Below are positions 40,201 through 54,721 of a stretch of DNA of 64,000 nucleotides, piece by piece. A model generated the notes under the pieces. It was given only the letters and a program-made list of their open reading frames with translations, was not told the DNA's origin and ran no database searches. The stretch's first letter is position 1. The number at the start of each line of letters is the position of its first letter. Origin of the DNA: Octopus sinensis (Eukaryota); assembly GCF_006345805.1 (NCBI RefSeq), contig NC_042997.1, positions 114,700,001-114,764,000 of the forward strand. Direction: 5' to 3'. Both the position numbers and the translations under genes were made by a program.

Positions 40201-42949
40201 TGGATTCACATAAAGGATCTTGCAAACCAGATACAAAAACAATATATCATCATCGTCTAATGTATGTCTTCCATGCATGCATGGGTAGGACAGCTGACAG
40301 GAGCTGGCCAGGTAGGAGACTACCCCAGGCTACTGTGTCTGTTTTGGCAGGGTTTTTATGGTTGGATGCCCTTCCTAACACTAACCACCCCACAGAATGG
40401 ACTGAGTGTTTTTTGCTTGGCACCAGCACAGGTGAGGTCTGATATGGCATGGTTTTAACAGCTGGAAGCCTGTCCAAATGCCAACTGCTTTACAGTGTGG
40501 ACTGGATGCTTTTTATGTGGCACCAGCATGGGCAGGGTCATAAAGTGATTTGCAAAACAAGGAATTTTGAGAGAGGAGGGGCATTGGAGGAGTGGATCTT
40601 ATGTCAGATGATGAAAGGTTAGAGAGTGACAGAGAAACAGAGACAGAAAGCAGTGTTTTACTATAGAAAAGATGCAGGCATTGCTGTGCGGTTGAAAAGC
40701 TTACAATTGGTTCCAGGTTCAATTCCACCATGTGACCTTTTAAGTGGATTTGGTAAATGGAAACTGAAAGAAACCCCATCATGTATGCATGTATACATGT
40801 GTGTGATAGTGTGTATATTAAAGATATATATATATGTATGCAGGTGAGTTGGGTTTCATCTTCTCAACACATGTTTGTGGTAAATGCATGTCGCTATCAT
40901 GCGAGTGTGTTCTTGTTTCCAATCTGTGGAAACATGTCCACAGGGAAATATAATCTTACTTGAAAATAGGTGAGCATTGGCAATATTTTTCTAGGCACAG
41001 AAAAATCTACCTCAACAAATTCCATCCAACTCATGCAAGTGGAACTATGAGGCTAGGGAGGAGTCTTCTAAACCACACAATGTCTACACCTACATATATA
41101 TACTAAACGTATATGTGTGTGTATATCATCATCATCATCGTTTAATGTCCACTCTCCATGCTAGCATGGGTTTGATGGTTTGACTGTGGGCTGGTGAACC
41201 AGATGGCTGCACCAGGCTCCAGTCCTGCAGCCATCTGGTTTGCCATATACATATATATATGCATACACATGAATTACACACAAAGAGAGATTTTGATTTT
41301 TATCTAGCAAATCCAATTGTAAGCCTTTGGGGTTAAGGCAGAAGACGACCCAGGGTGTGACCCAGTGTGACTGAACCTGAAACCATGTGGCACATGATTG
41401 GGAAGTCAATTTCTTAAGCACAGAGACAACTACACATGCGTTTGTTTGTGTGTGTGTGTGTGTATATATACATACATATATATATATATACACACATATA
41501 TGTTGTTGGTAATGTACTGAGTAGTATACTGATATTAATTATTTTTAAAAATCATAGATAAATTTAATACGGTTGCACAAAGATGTACTGAATAAAGTAT
41601 ATTTGTGTAAAGTCATAATTAACACGTTCATAAAGTCATAATTAACATGTTAATTGAATGCGAGTAGACCTGCTGCTGCAGAAATAGTCTCAAGAGAAAA
41701 TACTTCAAGAAGACGTGTGAAAACATATATTAGGCAGCAAATAGCATCACTGGATCATAGGATGCAAGCTATTCTGCATCAACTTCAAATACCAAATCTT
41801 ATAAGAACAAATTAGTAGAACAGCATGTATAAAACTTGGTCAAGCTAGGATTAAATAAAGTAGTATGAAGCGTGTTGAATAAAATATCTTTGTGTAAAGT
41901 CAGGCGTTTCTTCTATTGTGTATTTATGTACATATATAAAAAGTCTTGAAATTTTCCTAATGAAAAGTACTGTTTAAATCCATTTGTCTTCGTTTTTTCA
42001 GCAATAGACAACACCACAAAAAAACAAAGCATCTAAGCAGTATTTCATTTCATTTCCATAGGACAATTTGAAAACTTTTTCTATTAGCATGTATCAGCTA
42101 AGAAATCATACATTCATTATTCCCTAACTAATTCTTTATACATACATACATATAGATAGATACATATATACATATCATCATCGTTTAATGTCTGTTTTCC
42201 ATACTGACATGGGTTGGATGATTTGACTGTGGACTGGCAAGCCAGGAGGTCACACCAGGCTCCAATCTGATCTAGCAATGTTTCTACAGCTGAAAGCCCT
42301 TCCTAATGCCAACTACTCTGAGAGTGTAGTGGGTGCTTTTTATGTGCCACTGGCACGGGAACCAGTCAGGCGGCACTGGCATTGGCCAAGTTTGGATGGT
42401 GCTTTTTACATACTACCAACACAGGAGCCAATCAGGGCTGGCACTGACTATGTTCGGATGGTGCTTTTTATGTGCCACCAGCATGGGAGCCAGTCAGGTG
42501 GCAGTGACATCAGCCACAACTACAATTTCCATTTGATTGTGATTTGATTTTTGATTTTACTTCATTCACACACTGAAAACAATTTCTATATGCATTAATC
42601 CCAAACATGTTTGAAAACTTGAAAAAAGCACTTACACACAAAACACATTTCTTCCCCTAAAGTTTATGACATTCTGTTCTCTAAATAGTTAACAACCTAA
42701 AAAATTTTTTTATATTCATATATATATAAGCGCAGGAGTGGCCACATGGTTCTGGGTTCTGTCCCACTGCATAGCACCTTGTATGAGCTCATACAAAGCT
42801 TTACATTTTACTTTTGACAATCTTTTTCTAAAAAAGTGAAACCAGTCAAGTGAATAAACATCTTTAAAATTGCATTTTCAAACCTTCTTTCATATATATT
42901 TCAACGTGCGGTACCTTACAACTTATATATATATATATGTATATATATG

Positions 42950-42982
<33 letters not shown>

Positions 42983-43429
42983 ATATATATATTTTAACGT
43001 AATTTTCCCCAGCTACCATGAGTGAGATGGAATACACTAAGACATATTTTCTAGGGGAATGGTTTTCACTTAAGGTGTGAGAAATTCTGGCTTTTGGGCA
43101 AGTGTCTTCTATTATAGATCCTGGCTGGCCAAAAACTTGAGTTGATTTGGAAAGTAGAAACAAAATAGCCGATGTATATTACACGTGTTTTTCTGTCTCC
43201 TTGTCTGGGCATCAAGTGATAGTTGTAAACGCATGTCACTGCCATACAAGCAGTGTCATTCCTTTCCAATATTCTGCAAAGACAAATCTGGACATGGAGA
43301 AATATTACCTTGCCCAGAGACAGGTGAGTTTTGGTGACTGGGAGGGTATCCAGATACGGAAAATCTGCATCAAATAAACTCCATCTGACCCACGCAAGCA
43401 AGGAAAGTGGATGTTAAAATAATGATATA

Positions 43430-43461
<32 letters not shown>

Positions 43462-43462
43462 C

Positions 43463-43513
<51 letters not shown>

Positions 43514-43935
43514 CACAGGAGTAGCTGTGTGGTAAGAAGCTTGCTTCCCAACTACATGGTTCTGGGTTCAGTCCCACTGCGTGGCACCTTGGGCAAGTGT
43601 CTTCTATTATAACTCCCGGCTGTCCAAAGCCCTGTGAGTGGATTTGGTGGACAGGAACTGCAAGAAGCCCGTCATATATATGTATGTATTTGTGTGTCTG
43701 TGTCTGTCCCCCCACCATCGCTTAACAACCCACGTTGGTGTGTTTAGGTCTCCGCAACTTCACAGTTCAGCAAATAGAGACCAATAGAATAAGTACTAGG
43801 CTTACAAAGAATGGGTCCTGGGGTTGATCTGTTCAACTAAAAGGCGGTGCTCCCGCATGGCTGCAGTCAAATGACTAAAACTAGTAAAAATATACATATA
43901 TATATAAATGTATGTATACACACGTGTGTGTGTGT

Positions 43936-43967
<32 letters not shown>

Positions 43968-44984
43968 GCAGATGTTTATATATGTATAAGATACAAGTGT
44001 TTGCGTAGGTATATATTTGTATGTGTGTGCGTATATACACGAATATGCACGTATACATGAATCTATATGTGCACACACATACAAGAATATAGATTAGGAT
44101 CATCAGTTTTGACCCCCACTTCTCCATTCTCACATGAGCAAAAGAGAATTCACTGAAATAGATTGTCTACAGCTAGATACCATCCCTATAGCAAACCATC
44201 CATCATCACCTACTTCCACACAAGGTCACATTTCCCCATATCCAGACAGGTTTTCATGGAAGATTGAAAATGAAGGTCACCACTTGTATGTCAGTGATTC
44301 TTGTTCACAAATATTACATGCTGTGAAGATAAAGAGTGACACACATCCATACCACACATGTAGACATACATTGATACATACACACGTGCATGCTTGACAG
44401 TTGCCTTTCAGTTTATGTCAATCAAATTCATACACAAGGCTCCGATCAGCCTGGAGCAACAATAAAAGACACTAGCCTAAGTGACTTGAAACTAAATGGT
44501 TGAAAAGAGAAAACTTCTTAACCACAGAGCTTAACCTGCACCTACATGCATACATATATATTATCATCATCATCATTTAACGTCCGGTTTCCATGCTGGC
44601 ATGGGTTGGACTGTTTGACTGAGAGTGTAGTGGGTGCTTTTACGTGCCACTAGCACGAGGACCAGTCAGGTGGTACTGGCAGTGGCCATGCTCAAATGGT
44701 GTTTTTACGTGTCACCTGCACAAGAGCCAGTCTAGCGGCACTGGCAACGACCTCGCTCTAATGTTATATATACATATATTTGTTTTTTAAATGTTAGATT
44801 TAGTTCCACATAACTTTTAATTTTATAAGTTTGTAGGACACATCTGTCTTATCAGATGCTAGGAGGCAGAGTGGGCATTTTGCGGGAAATTTGAAACGGC
44901 TTCTAGGTGTTTAGGCATCTAATGGTCAGTTCAGGTAATGTGATATTAATGCAATTAAAATTACAAGTTATTTTCTTTATTTCT

Positions 44985-45360
44985 ATGTGTCTGTGCTCAG
45001 ACAGGATACACTAGGATACAGCATAGTACATACATCGACAATCAGTTTCCTGTACTGAGCATTGCAAATGACATCACAAAACATTATGCAGGCATAACAG
45101 CCAACAACCTTAAGGGAAGGTATAAACAGCACATGCATTCTTTTAGATACAGGGACAAAGAAAACTCCACCTTTCTGTCCTGCTTCGTTCGAAGACACTG
45201 TAAGTATCAAAACAACTTTCTCCACATCAAATGAGTATTGATGACAGGACCCCTAACTCACCTGGAACTCACATTATCAACTCTGTCTCCAAGGGAGACT
45301 ATGCATACTCCACCAACCTGCAGTTCCATCAACAGAAAGAATGGACTATTAACAATAAAA
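44985..45360 (+). mobile_element. Penelope-like (Naiad-type) GIY-YIG endonuclease remnant
   Basis: SIVHT...KHYAGITANNLKGRYKQHMHSFRYRDKENSTFLS...QLCLQGRLCIL fits the PLE pattern YIG..FK.RY..H..SF..T.LS..C.LCL.EK; frameshifted. Confidence 0.75.
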
Positions 45361-47249
45361 TAGTCCATTATTGTTGCTACTAGAAGTATGCTCTGTTAAT
45401 GAATTTCAAGCCTCTGGCTGCTGACAACCCAGATATACATTATATGTATACATATAACACTGGCAATCTGTTGATTACAACATTGAGAGTTCCAGTTATC
45501 TGATCAATGGAACAGCCTGCTTGTAAAATTAATATGCAAGTGACTGAGCACTCCACAAACACGCATACACATAACATAATCCTCAGAGAGATTCAGCATG
45601 ACATAGATTGTGACAAGGCCGGCCTTTTGAATAACAGGTACAGTTCATTTTTGTAAGCTGAGTGGACTGGAGCAACATGAAATAAAGTATCTTGCTCAAG
45701 GACATGACACATCACTGGAATTTGAACTCACAACCTTATGATAGTGAGCCAAATACCCTAATCACTAAGCCACATACATATGATAGCTGTGACTTGATTT
45801 CAAGCAATAACATCAATTGAGTTTCTTCTCTTAAACATGAACAGCAGATGTAGCTTTTCAGTCCAGCTAAGGATTGCAACTCTTTTGCAAAGGTGTGACA
45901 ACAATGGGCACCTTTTGTAGTAGGTGTTCACAGAGCCAACCACCCACACTGACACATTCCTTCAATTTTTCATTGAACATTTTACATTTTTTTTTTTTTG
46001 GCTACAGTCAACCAAAGAATACAACACACAAAAGAGATGTTAAAAAAAAAGAAAATCAAGAATGCCTGTACTTGAAGCCTTTTAAAGCAAAGAAAGGCCT
46101 TGCTCAGGACCAATCCCACTCTGATTAATGTATGCATTTGCCCAAAGAGAACTAGTCTACATCATTGGATGTAAAGTCACAGGTGTTACTTCAGAGTTTT
46201 TCTTCTAAAGATGTGCCTAAACAAAGATTAGGGTCTTCTGCTCCCAGCAATTGGATGGCCATTGATTCTACTGAGATCATCTGGCCTTTAACAGGTTTTG
46301 GTTTTCATCCTGCAGAGATCCAATGAAAACCACTCTCCTTATTAAAGAGGCTTGGTATGGCTGCCAGTTTAGTTATTGACAGCACAATCAGCCAACAGGA
46401 TATATTGGGCTATATGTTACCAATAGCACTAAGAGAAACCTGACTGACATACATGCATGCATACATACACACATACATATATGGATACAGTGGAATACCC
46501 ATATATGAATGGTTTTCTAAACAAACAAACCGAATAACTAATGGGTTTTCTGAAGAAAATTAAACTTACATAATGAGCTGAAAATTGATTAATGAACCGC
46601 AAGCAGACTACACATGTGTCTAAGTGACTGGGAGCTGATTTGCTTAGTGAGATGAAATATGAACAACAAAGAGTAGACTATACACATGTATGAGTGTTGA
46701 GAGAGCATATACAAACAGTGCACTAAATAAACAACTTGTATCGTGAACAGTTCTTCCAAAGAAAATTATATTCAGCCAATGAAGTGAAATTTGAACAACA
46801 AAACCACAAGCAGTGTGCCCAAACAGTTTGTTAATGTTCATGTATTCATTTCAAGTAACTTGCAAATTTTCCTATTTTATATAAAAATTAATATTCCTCA
46901 TATCTTATGCTAAAAGCGTAACCATAAACCAGTGGTTCTTAACTGGTTTCCATGTAAGATTTTGTCGATAAAATTTACATGCGACGAATTGGTTATACTT
47001 TGGCAATAAGCAACATATTTAAATTTTTTTTAAATATAATTCCTAATAATATTTAATTATAAACATCTAATAGGAGGTTTCTAAACACCAAATGGCTAGG
47101 AGGGTCCACGCGAGTAAAATAAGAATTAAAAGGGTCCATAGGTGAAAAAAATTGGTTCAGAACCACTGACCATAGACCAACAAAAGCAAGACAAAGGGAA
47201 AACAGTCACACAAACACACACACACACATATATATATATGCATGCATGT

Positions 47250-49100
47250 ATTTGCAATTGGTGGATAGAGAAAGCATACTGTAGAGTCTGGATGTGATAA
47301 CTGCAGTAACTACTCAGAGGTATTACAAGATCTGAATTGACCACGATGTCAGAAATCCTTCTGTATCATCAGTAGGTATCTGAGGGTTACAAGCATTTTG
47401 CCCCTTAACTTGTATGCTTCACCAAAGTTGGGCAGTGAGGACTGGATTAGTCTTCTCCTGTGGAAGGATTCTATCTGTGGTCTCTTGTCAACCAAAGACA
47501 CCTTGAGCTATCTCTTTCTTCGGTTGTCTGGGTTCCAGACATATTTACTGCAGGAAATAGCACACCGATCTAACTGGAAAGTCATAGCAGCCAACTTCAA
47601 TAAGGAACAAGGCCACATGCCGTCCCTTAGCAAATTACTTGTCAATCAAGTCCTGATATTTGGTTTTCTTTAGCTAGTGAAGTCACTTTATTTCATGTTG
47701 CTCTAATTCACTCAGCTGTAGAAATAAATTGTGACATCACTGGTGCCAAGCTATATCAGCCTTTGCGTTTCCCTTGGATAACATTAGTGGCATGGAGAGG
47801 GGAGTCTGGTATGCATGGGCGATTACTGGTCTTCCATAAACAACCTTGCTCAGACTTGTACCTTGGAGGGAAACTTTCTAGTACAATTCCATGGTCAGTC
47901 ATGACCAAAAGCGGTCTTTACACTTAGTTGGTGAGAATTATCAAGTCTGCCCTCACAGGGTACTCGAAATTCAACTATGAAGATAGTTTTTGAACTCCTG
48001 GAGAGTGATATTATTACTACAGCCTCTGGGAAGATGAATCTGTCCTTCAGGGCCGCTTGCATCTCCTAGTCGGAGGATGGATGCAAAATAGAAAATGAAT
48101 GCCCTATTGTTGCATTCATATTAGGAGCCATAACACTTTCCCTAAAGAATCTGATATCCTTGGGTGGTAGGGGCTGCTGTTTGCTAGCTTTAACCCTTTA
48201 CATGTGTATCCACAAGGCAATTTCTGCAAGAACCTTGTGTTTCCATTTACAGTGGCCTTCTCCCAGTTCCCTAGGGCATCCAATCAAAATGTGGTCCAGG
48301 GTGCAAAGAGTTGCTTTGCACTGCTTGCAAGATGGGTTTTCCCCTCAGCTCAATATTTTGAAGTTATTTGGGGTTGGTAATAGGTAAGAAGAAGGACAAG
48401 TTTTCCTAGTCAGTATTCCTGAGTTCCTTCCACTGCAGTGGGGTCCTGAGTGTCTGCTGTATCTATTGTTCCTGGTGGGCAAGCCCTACTGCCTTACATG
48501 GTAATCTTCCTCTGTTGAATCACGGAGCCTCTTCCTGTTGAGCTCACTCTTAATACTGGTATTAATGCTTTTCCACCTCTTGACATTGTAGTTAGCACTG
48601 TAGATGCCCTAGCCATCTTCATTTGCAGCTTCCGTTTTCTGCTGTACTTCATGGTCCTGATTGCATGCCTGACCCTTGATTCTTCTTACTTTGGTGGCTT
48701 TGAATAACTCAACCACTAATGAAACTGGTATGTGGAGCTAAAAGATGTCTTGCTGTACAGGATATTGGAGGGATGCCCAGCCACCTTTACACAAATTCTC
48801 TGTATGGCCTTTTCACTGCCTCCACCCAAATCATAGCAAAATCATAAAGTAAAAATGGCCTCTGCAGTTTGGTCATGCTGGATGAAAACATATTTTCAAG
48901 TAAGGTTATAACAAATACTGAAGCTGTCATTTATCAGCCTTTCTTTGATATTACACAGTACCAAGATTTTGCTGGACTGAACTTCATGCAAGATTGTGTG
49001 ACCAGCTTTTCCAGCAAGTTCAGTGCTCATCATGTCCCTTGGATCAATGTGTAATGACTGTTACGTCAGCCATGAAGAGCCTGCAGACTGGTTGCCCTGT
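47250..49100 (-). mobile_element. Hero/R2-group non-LTR retrotransposon remnant with a CCHC knuckle and restriction-like endonuclease
   Basis: CKQCKATLCTLDHILIGCPRELGEGHCKWKH, IFIVEFRVPCE and KKTKYQDL...IEVGC; interrupted by an insert at ~47675-47920. Confidence 0.7.
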
Positions 49101-49612
49101 ATTGTCAACAGTTTTGAGTCCTCATGCATGTGTGTATTCTTTTATCCTTTTACTTGTTTCAATCATTTGACAGTGGCCACGCTGGAGCAGTGCCTAGAGG
49201 GGTTTTAGTCGAACCAATCAACCCAAAGACTTATTTTTTAAGTCTAGTACTTATTCTATCAGTCTCTTTTGCCGAACCACTAAGTTACAGGGACATAAAC
49301 ACACCAACACTGATTGTCAAGCAGTGATGGGGAACAAACAGACATGCACACATAAATTTATATATATATATATATATACACATACAACAGGCTTCTTTCA
49401 GTTTCTGTCAATCAAATCAACTCAAGGCTTTGGCCAGCTCTAGGCTATGGTAGAAGATACTTGCCCAAGGTGCCACACAGTGGGACTGAACCCAGAATCA
49501 TATGGTTAAGAAGCAAGCTTCTTACCATATACATGCTTATATATATGTAGATTATGTAGATATATGAATATGCATGCATTCATATATACAGGCGTGTGTG
49601 TATGTGTGTGTG

Positions 49613-49680
<68 letters not shown>

Positions 49681-49830
49681 TGCACACAAATATATATGGG
49701 AAAATATGTATACTATCATCAACATCAATTAATACTGTTTTCCATGCTGGCATGCATTTGATAGTTTGACAGGGTCTGGCAGGCCCCAAGGCCATGTCAA
49801 GCTACATATACATACACATCTATGTATATA

Positions 49831-51117
49831 TGAAGTGGTATCAAAAAGTTCCTGGACTAGTTATGTTTAATAAAAAATACCATATTTACCTAAGCTTTAA
49901 CATCATCATCATCTCCTTTGAAATAGTCACCTTGTGCAGATATACACTGGTCCCAGTGTTCCTGCCACTTTTAGAATCCAGCCCGGAAGTCATTTTCCGT
50001 AAGCAAGTCAAGGACCTTCTGCAATTCTCTCTGGATCTCGACAATGGTCTTCAAACAGCAACCTCTGAGCTGCATTTTCATCTTGGGAAAAAGATGGAAG
50101 TCCACAAGTGCTAAATCTGGTGTATGGAGCAGTGTGAAAGTGATAAAATGTTTTTGGCAAGAAACTCACAAATGCGGGAGCTCGGTGACAGAGTGCATTG
50201 TCGTCGTGAGGAGCCAATTCTTTGCACTCCACAGATCCGGTCACTTTTGCCAAATGTTCTCCCTCAAATGCTGCAAAATGTAGTTGGTTTTCCTCCAACG
50301 ATCTTCATACACAAGCTGATGAATTTTCCCCACATTTACAGGAGTGATGCTGGCACTTGTGCCCATGCTAGTAGGGTGCCAGGAGCACCATCCGAGTGTG
50401 ATCGTTGCTAGAGCAGCCAACTGGCTTCCATGCCAGTGGCACATAAAAGGGCACCACTCGAGCATGATCGTTACCAACGTTGCCTTACTGGCACCTGTGC
50501 CGGTGGCATGTGTAAAGATTCGAGCGAGGTCGTTGCCAGTACTGCCTGACTGGCCCCCGTGCTGGTGGCACATAAAAAGCACTCACTACACTCTTGGAGT
50601 AGTTGGCGTTAGGAAGGGCATCAAGCTGTAGAAACTCTGCCAGATCAAGATTGGAGCCTATGCAGTTGTCTGGTTCGCCAGCCCTCAGTCAAAATCGCCC
50701 AACCCATGCTAGCATGGAAAGCGGACATTAAACGATGATGATGATGATTGCTCATCGCCTTTCAGGAACATTCTTTCACTTTTCAAGTGCCCACGCCACT
50801 TGAAACATTGTGTACAACCCATTGCCTCATCACCGTAAGCTTGCCGACGCAATTTCGATGTCTCTGTAGCAGACTTCCTGAGTTTAACACAAAATTGCAT
50901 GTTAGCTCTTTGTTTATGTCAATGACAAAAATCGCAGACTACATTGTACACGTGAACACAAAAACACAAATTTCACAACTTGTGAAGTAAACACAGCAGC
51001 GTCACTCAGCACACTACCTCATGAAGATCACTGCTGACTTTCACTGTGCACACAACCATGTGCTGACATCTGTTGGCGTGCTACAGAACTAGCCCGGGAA
51101 CTTTTGATAGCACCTCG
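49831..51117 (-). mobile_element. Internally deleted mariner transposon with a nested family B SINE (50340-50748)
   Basis: TIRs tgaagtggtatcaaaaagttcc / ggaacttttgatagcacctcg; FCVKLRKSATET..AYGDEAM N-terminus, HDDNA, PYTPDLA and WDQCISAQGDYF motifs. Confidence 0.85.
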
Positions 51118-51688
51118 TTCATAGACATTTTTAGAGTATGCACTTTTGTGCTGTACACAATGCATGAGTCAATGTCTCATCAGATGGTGAAGCAACTCTG
51201 TAGGTGTTTTGGACCCGTCCACCACAACACCAAAGTTGCCCAGGTGCCACCTACTAATGGAGGCAACAAAATTCTCACACAACAGCAAAACCTTTCTTGA
51301 GTCAGATGCGGTGACTCTGGGCTAGATGTTTCTATCATCATCAAATCTCATCCTTGCTGCAGCACAAATGCCCCTCTTCCGAGCCAGATATAATCGCTTT
51401 CTCAGTGGCTGCCAACAATTTTTGCCATCTTTTCTCTCTCTCTCTCTTCCTCATTATCATCTAACGTTGGACAGTTTGACTAGGCTGGCACACTGGAAGG
51501 GTGCGTCAGGCTCCAGTCAGATTTGGCATGGTTTTCTACATGCCTTTTATGAGCCACCGGCACGGGACCAGTCAGGTGGCACTGGCATCGACCACACTCA
51601 AATGGTGCATTTTACATGCCACCAGCACGGGTGCCAATCAGGCGGTACTGTCACCGGCTACAACAATGACTTCATTTGACTCTTTCTG

Positions 51689-51721
<33 letters not shown>

Positions 51722-51984
51722 TTATATACACATGCAAGGAAGTTAATAGAAAAGCGGATTATCCAGCAAAATTGGCCTAAAAGTCTCTCTATACAAGACG
51801 TTGATATGAAACTTAAAGAATTCATGTCAATAATGCAAGCCATATGCATTAAATTTGTTCCAGAGAAGAGAGCAGCTACATACAAAAACATCATTCCTCA
51901 TGGCAGGAGAAACCTTATGAAACAGAGATTGAGAGAGAGAAATCCTTCCTAGAAGAGAGACTCTTAGAGACCGACAATAAATTC

Positions 51985-52890
51985 AGTCATTCTCACCAGC
52001 CAAGCTGATGATACAAAAGTACCTCAGGCAGTCAAGCACCCTGATGATATAGTAAAACAGAAAAATGACCTGCATGCAATATATAAATGGGCTGATGAAA
52101 ATAACATGCACTTCAATGGTGATAAATTTCAAGCACTCTGCCATTAGCCCATAAACAGACTACAATCAGAATACACAGGATCAGTGAGTAGTGAAAACCC
52201 AGAGTTAGAATCATTGCATGACCTGGGAATCCACATGAGTAGTGAGTGATGCAACATTCCAAGTGCATAATGCCAGGATGGCAACACTGTGCAGGTGAGT
52301 AGCTGGATGGATCCTTAGATCATTCAGAACCAGAAATAAGGATACCTTGCTACTCTTGTAGAGAACATTTGTCCCCTGTTGTCTGGATTACTGCTCCCAA
52401 CACTGCAGAATGTCAAATTGTTTGCAGAACTTGAGGTAAACCAGAGAGGTTACAAGAACTGAAGCTCTACACCATGGAGAGAAGGTGAGAAAGGTATGCA
52501 GTGATATACATAAGGAAGATCCTGGAAAATCTAACTCCCAACTTTGGAATTAAAAGCTATACCAACCATCAAACTGAATGAAACTGCATAATAGCAGATA
52601 AGGAACTAGTATTGCAACAGCTTGGATTTCAGGAGAGCACAACTGTTTAACATCCTGCCAAGGACCCTAAGAGATCTGCAAAGTGTAGATGTAGAAATGT
52701 TCAAAAAGCATCATGACAAATTTCTATCTGAAATCGCAGATGAGTCCACATTGCGGCAGGAAGCACACAAGAGCAGCTTCGTCCATTTCTTAACCAAAAA
52801 CAGTACCGAAAGGAGACCCCAAAACACTGAAAGACAGTGCTCCGGCAGAGACCCAGCCTTTAACTGAAACAAGTAAAAGATTAAAGAATA
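51985..52890 (+). mobile_element. CR1-group LINE 3' fragment (RT C-terminus and tail)
   Basis: ADDTKV, NDLHAIYKWADENNMHFNGDKF, DLGI, LFNILPRTLRDL..VEMFKKHHDKFL; a related piece lies at 58400-58487. Confidence 0.8.
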
Positions 52891-53378
52891 TAAATTCATA
52901 CATACATACATGCATGTGTGTGTGTGTCTGTGTGTATATATATGTGTATCTATATCATTATCATCGTTTAACATCCACTTTCCATGCTAGCATAGGTTGG
53001 ACGGTTTGACTGAGGACTAGCAAGCCAAGAGGCTACACCAGGCTCCAATCTGATCTGGCACGGTTTCTACAGCTGGATGCCCTTCCTAACACCAACCACT
53101 CCGAGAGTGTAGTGGGTGACTGCCACTGGCACGGGAGCTGAGTCAGGAGGCACTGGCATTGATCATGTTTGGACGGTGCCTTTTAGATGCCACCTGCATG
53201 GGAGCTAGAGGAGAGAACATACTGAAGCCCTTATATGTATTTATACATCTATATATATATATATATATATATATATCTATGTATAAATACATGCGGTATG
53301 TATTTGAGTTTTTGTATTTATATATCAATAGCAAATCTCGCTGATAAGCCATAGATGGTTTAATACATTGATTGATTA

Positions 53379-53478
53379 NNNNNNNNNNNNNNNNNNNNNN
53401 NNNNNNNNNNNNNNNNNNNNNNNNNNNNNNNNNNNNNNNNNNNNNNNNNNNNNNNNNNNNNNNNNNNNNNNNNNNNNN
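53379..53478. other. Assembly gap (100 N)
   Basis: Run of 100 n. Confidence 1.
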
Positions 53479-54184
53479 GTGCTTTTTATGTGCCATTGAC
53501 ACAGGTGCCAGACGAGGCTGGCGAACGGCCACGCTCGGATGGTGTTTTTTTATGTGCCACCAACATAGGTGCCAGACGAGGCTGGCGAACGGCCATGCTC
53601 GGATGGTGGTTTTTTTTTTTATGTGCACCGGACACAGGTGCCAGGCGAGGCTGGCATGGCTACGATCGGATGGTGTTTGTTACGTGCCACCAGCACGGAG
53701 GCCAGTCGATGTGGTACTGGCTACGGCCACGTTCGGATGGTTTTCTTATGTGCCACCGGCACTGGTACCACACATATAAATGTATACATACATATATATA
53801 TATATACACATTTAGATATATTCATATAGATATATGTATATATGCATATACATACATATATATATATATATGTATATGCATACATATATATATATACACA
53901 TGTACATATATATATACACATGTACATATATATACATACATATATATACACATTTATATACATAGATATATAAATACGTATCTACAACCGAATACATATA
54001 TATATACATATATACACATACATATATATATATTTACATATATACACATACATATATATATATTTACATATATACACATACATATGTATATATATACACA
54101 TATATATTCATACATATATATATACATGTATACACATACATAAATATATACATATATATACATATGAGCAAAATGCCATCCATC

Positions 54185-54721
54185 CATTGGACAGTGTTGA
54201 GTTGTGAAACATTGAAACCAAATTTTCTGAAAACAACTTGTCCTACCGTGCCATGGGCCTCCCCTTTGATAAACAGTGATTGAACCTAAATTTGAGACAC
54301 CAGCAAGAGAAGAAATAAAGATAGACTTTTTTCTATTCTAAAGAAAAACGATTTTATTCACACAAATATTCAACCGAAGAGTTTAAAGTACCAGTAATGA
54401 TAAGGCTGTTAACTGGGAGAACACAAATATGGTTGAAACAGTAAGCTTGGCAGAAAAGAAATGTGCCTTTAAGCAGTACAAAAACAACAAAAAATGGAAG
54501 GTGCCATTATGTACAGTTTGACAGAAGAACAGCAGGACAAAAACAGCTTTATGGATTGCATTCTCACCTGGAATTGATTTTTGTAATTTTTTCAAGACTT
54601 ATACATGCACTGATACCGTCGGTATCTACATATCAAATTTGAACGCAATAGGATGGAGGATGCCCAAGATCCTAGAAGACGCACACAGACAGACAGACAG
54701 AATGGATTTTGTATAATAGAT
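54185..54721 (+). mobile_element. Non-autonomous Helitron-like repeat
   Basis: caaatttgaacgcaat...(ACAG)n...ttttgtataatagat terminus. Confidence 0.45.

Noticed and set aside
53479-53770. Repeat-spacer pattern resembling a CRISPR array (also 28460-28690)
   Set aside because: The spacers are related to each other, the units belong to SINE family B, the context is eukaryotic and there are no cas genes.
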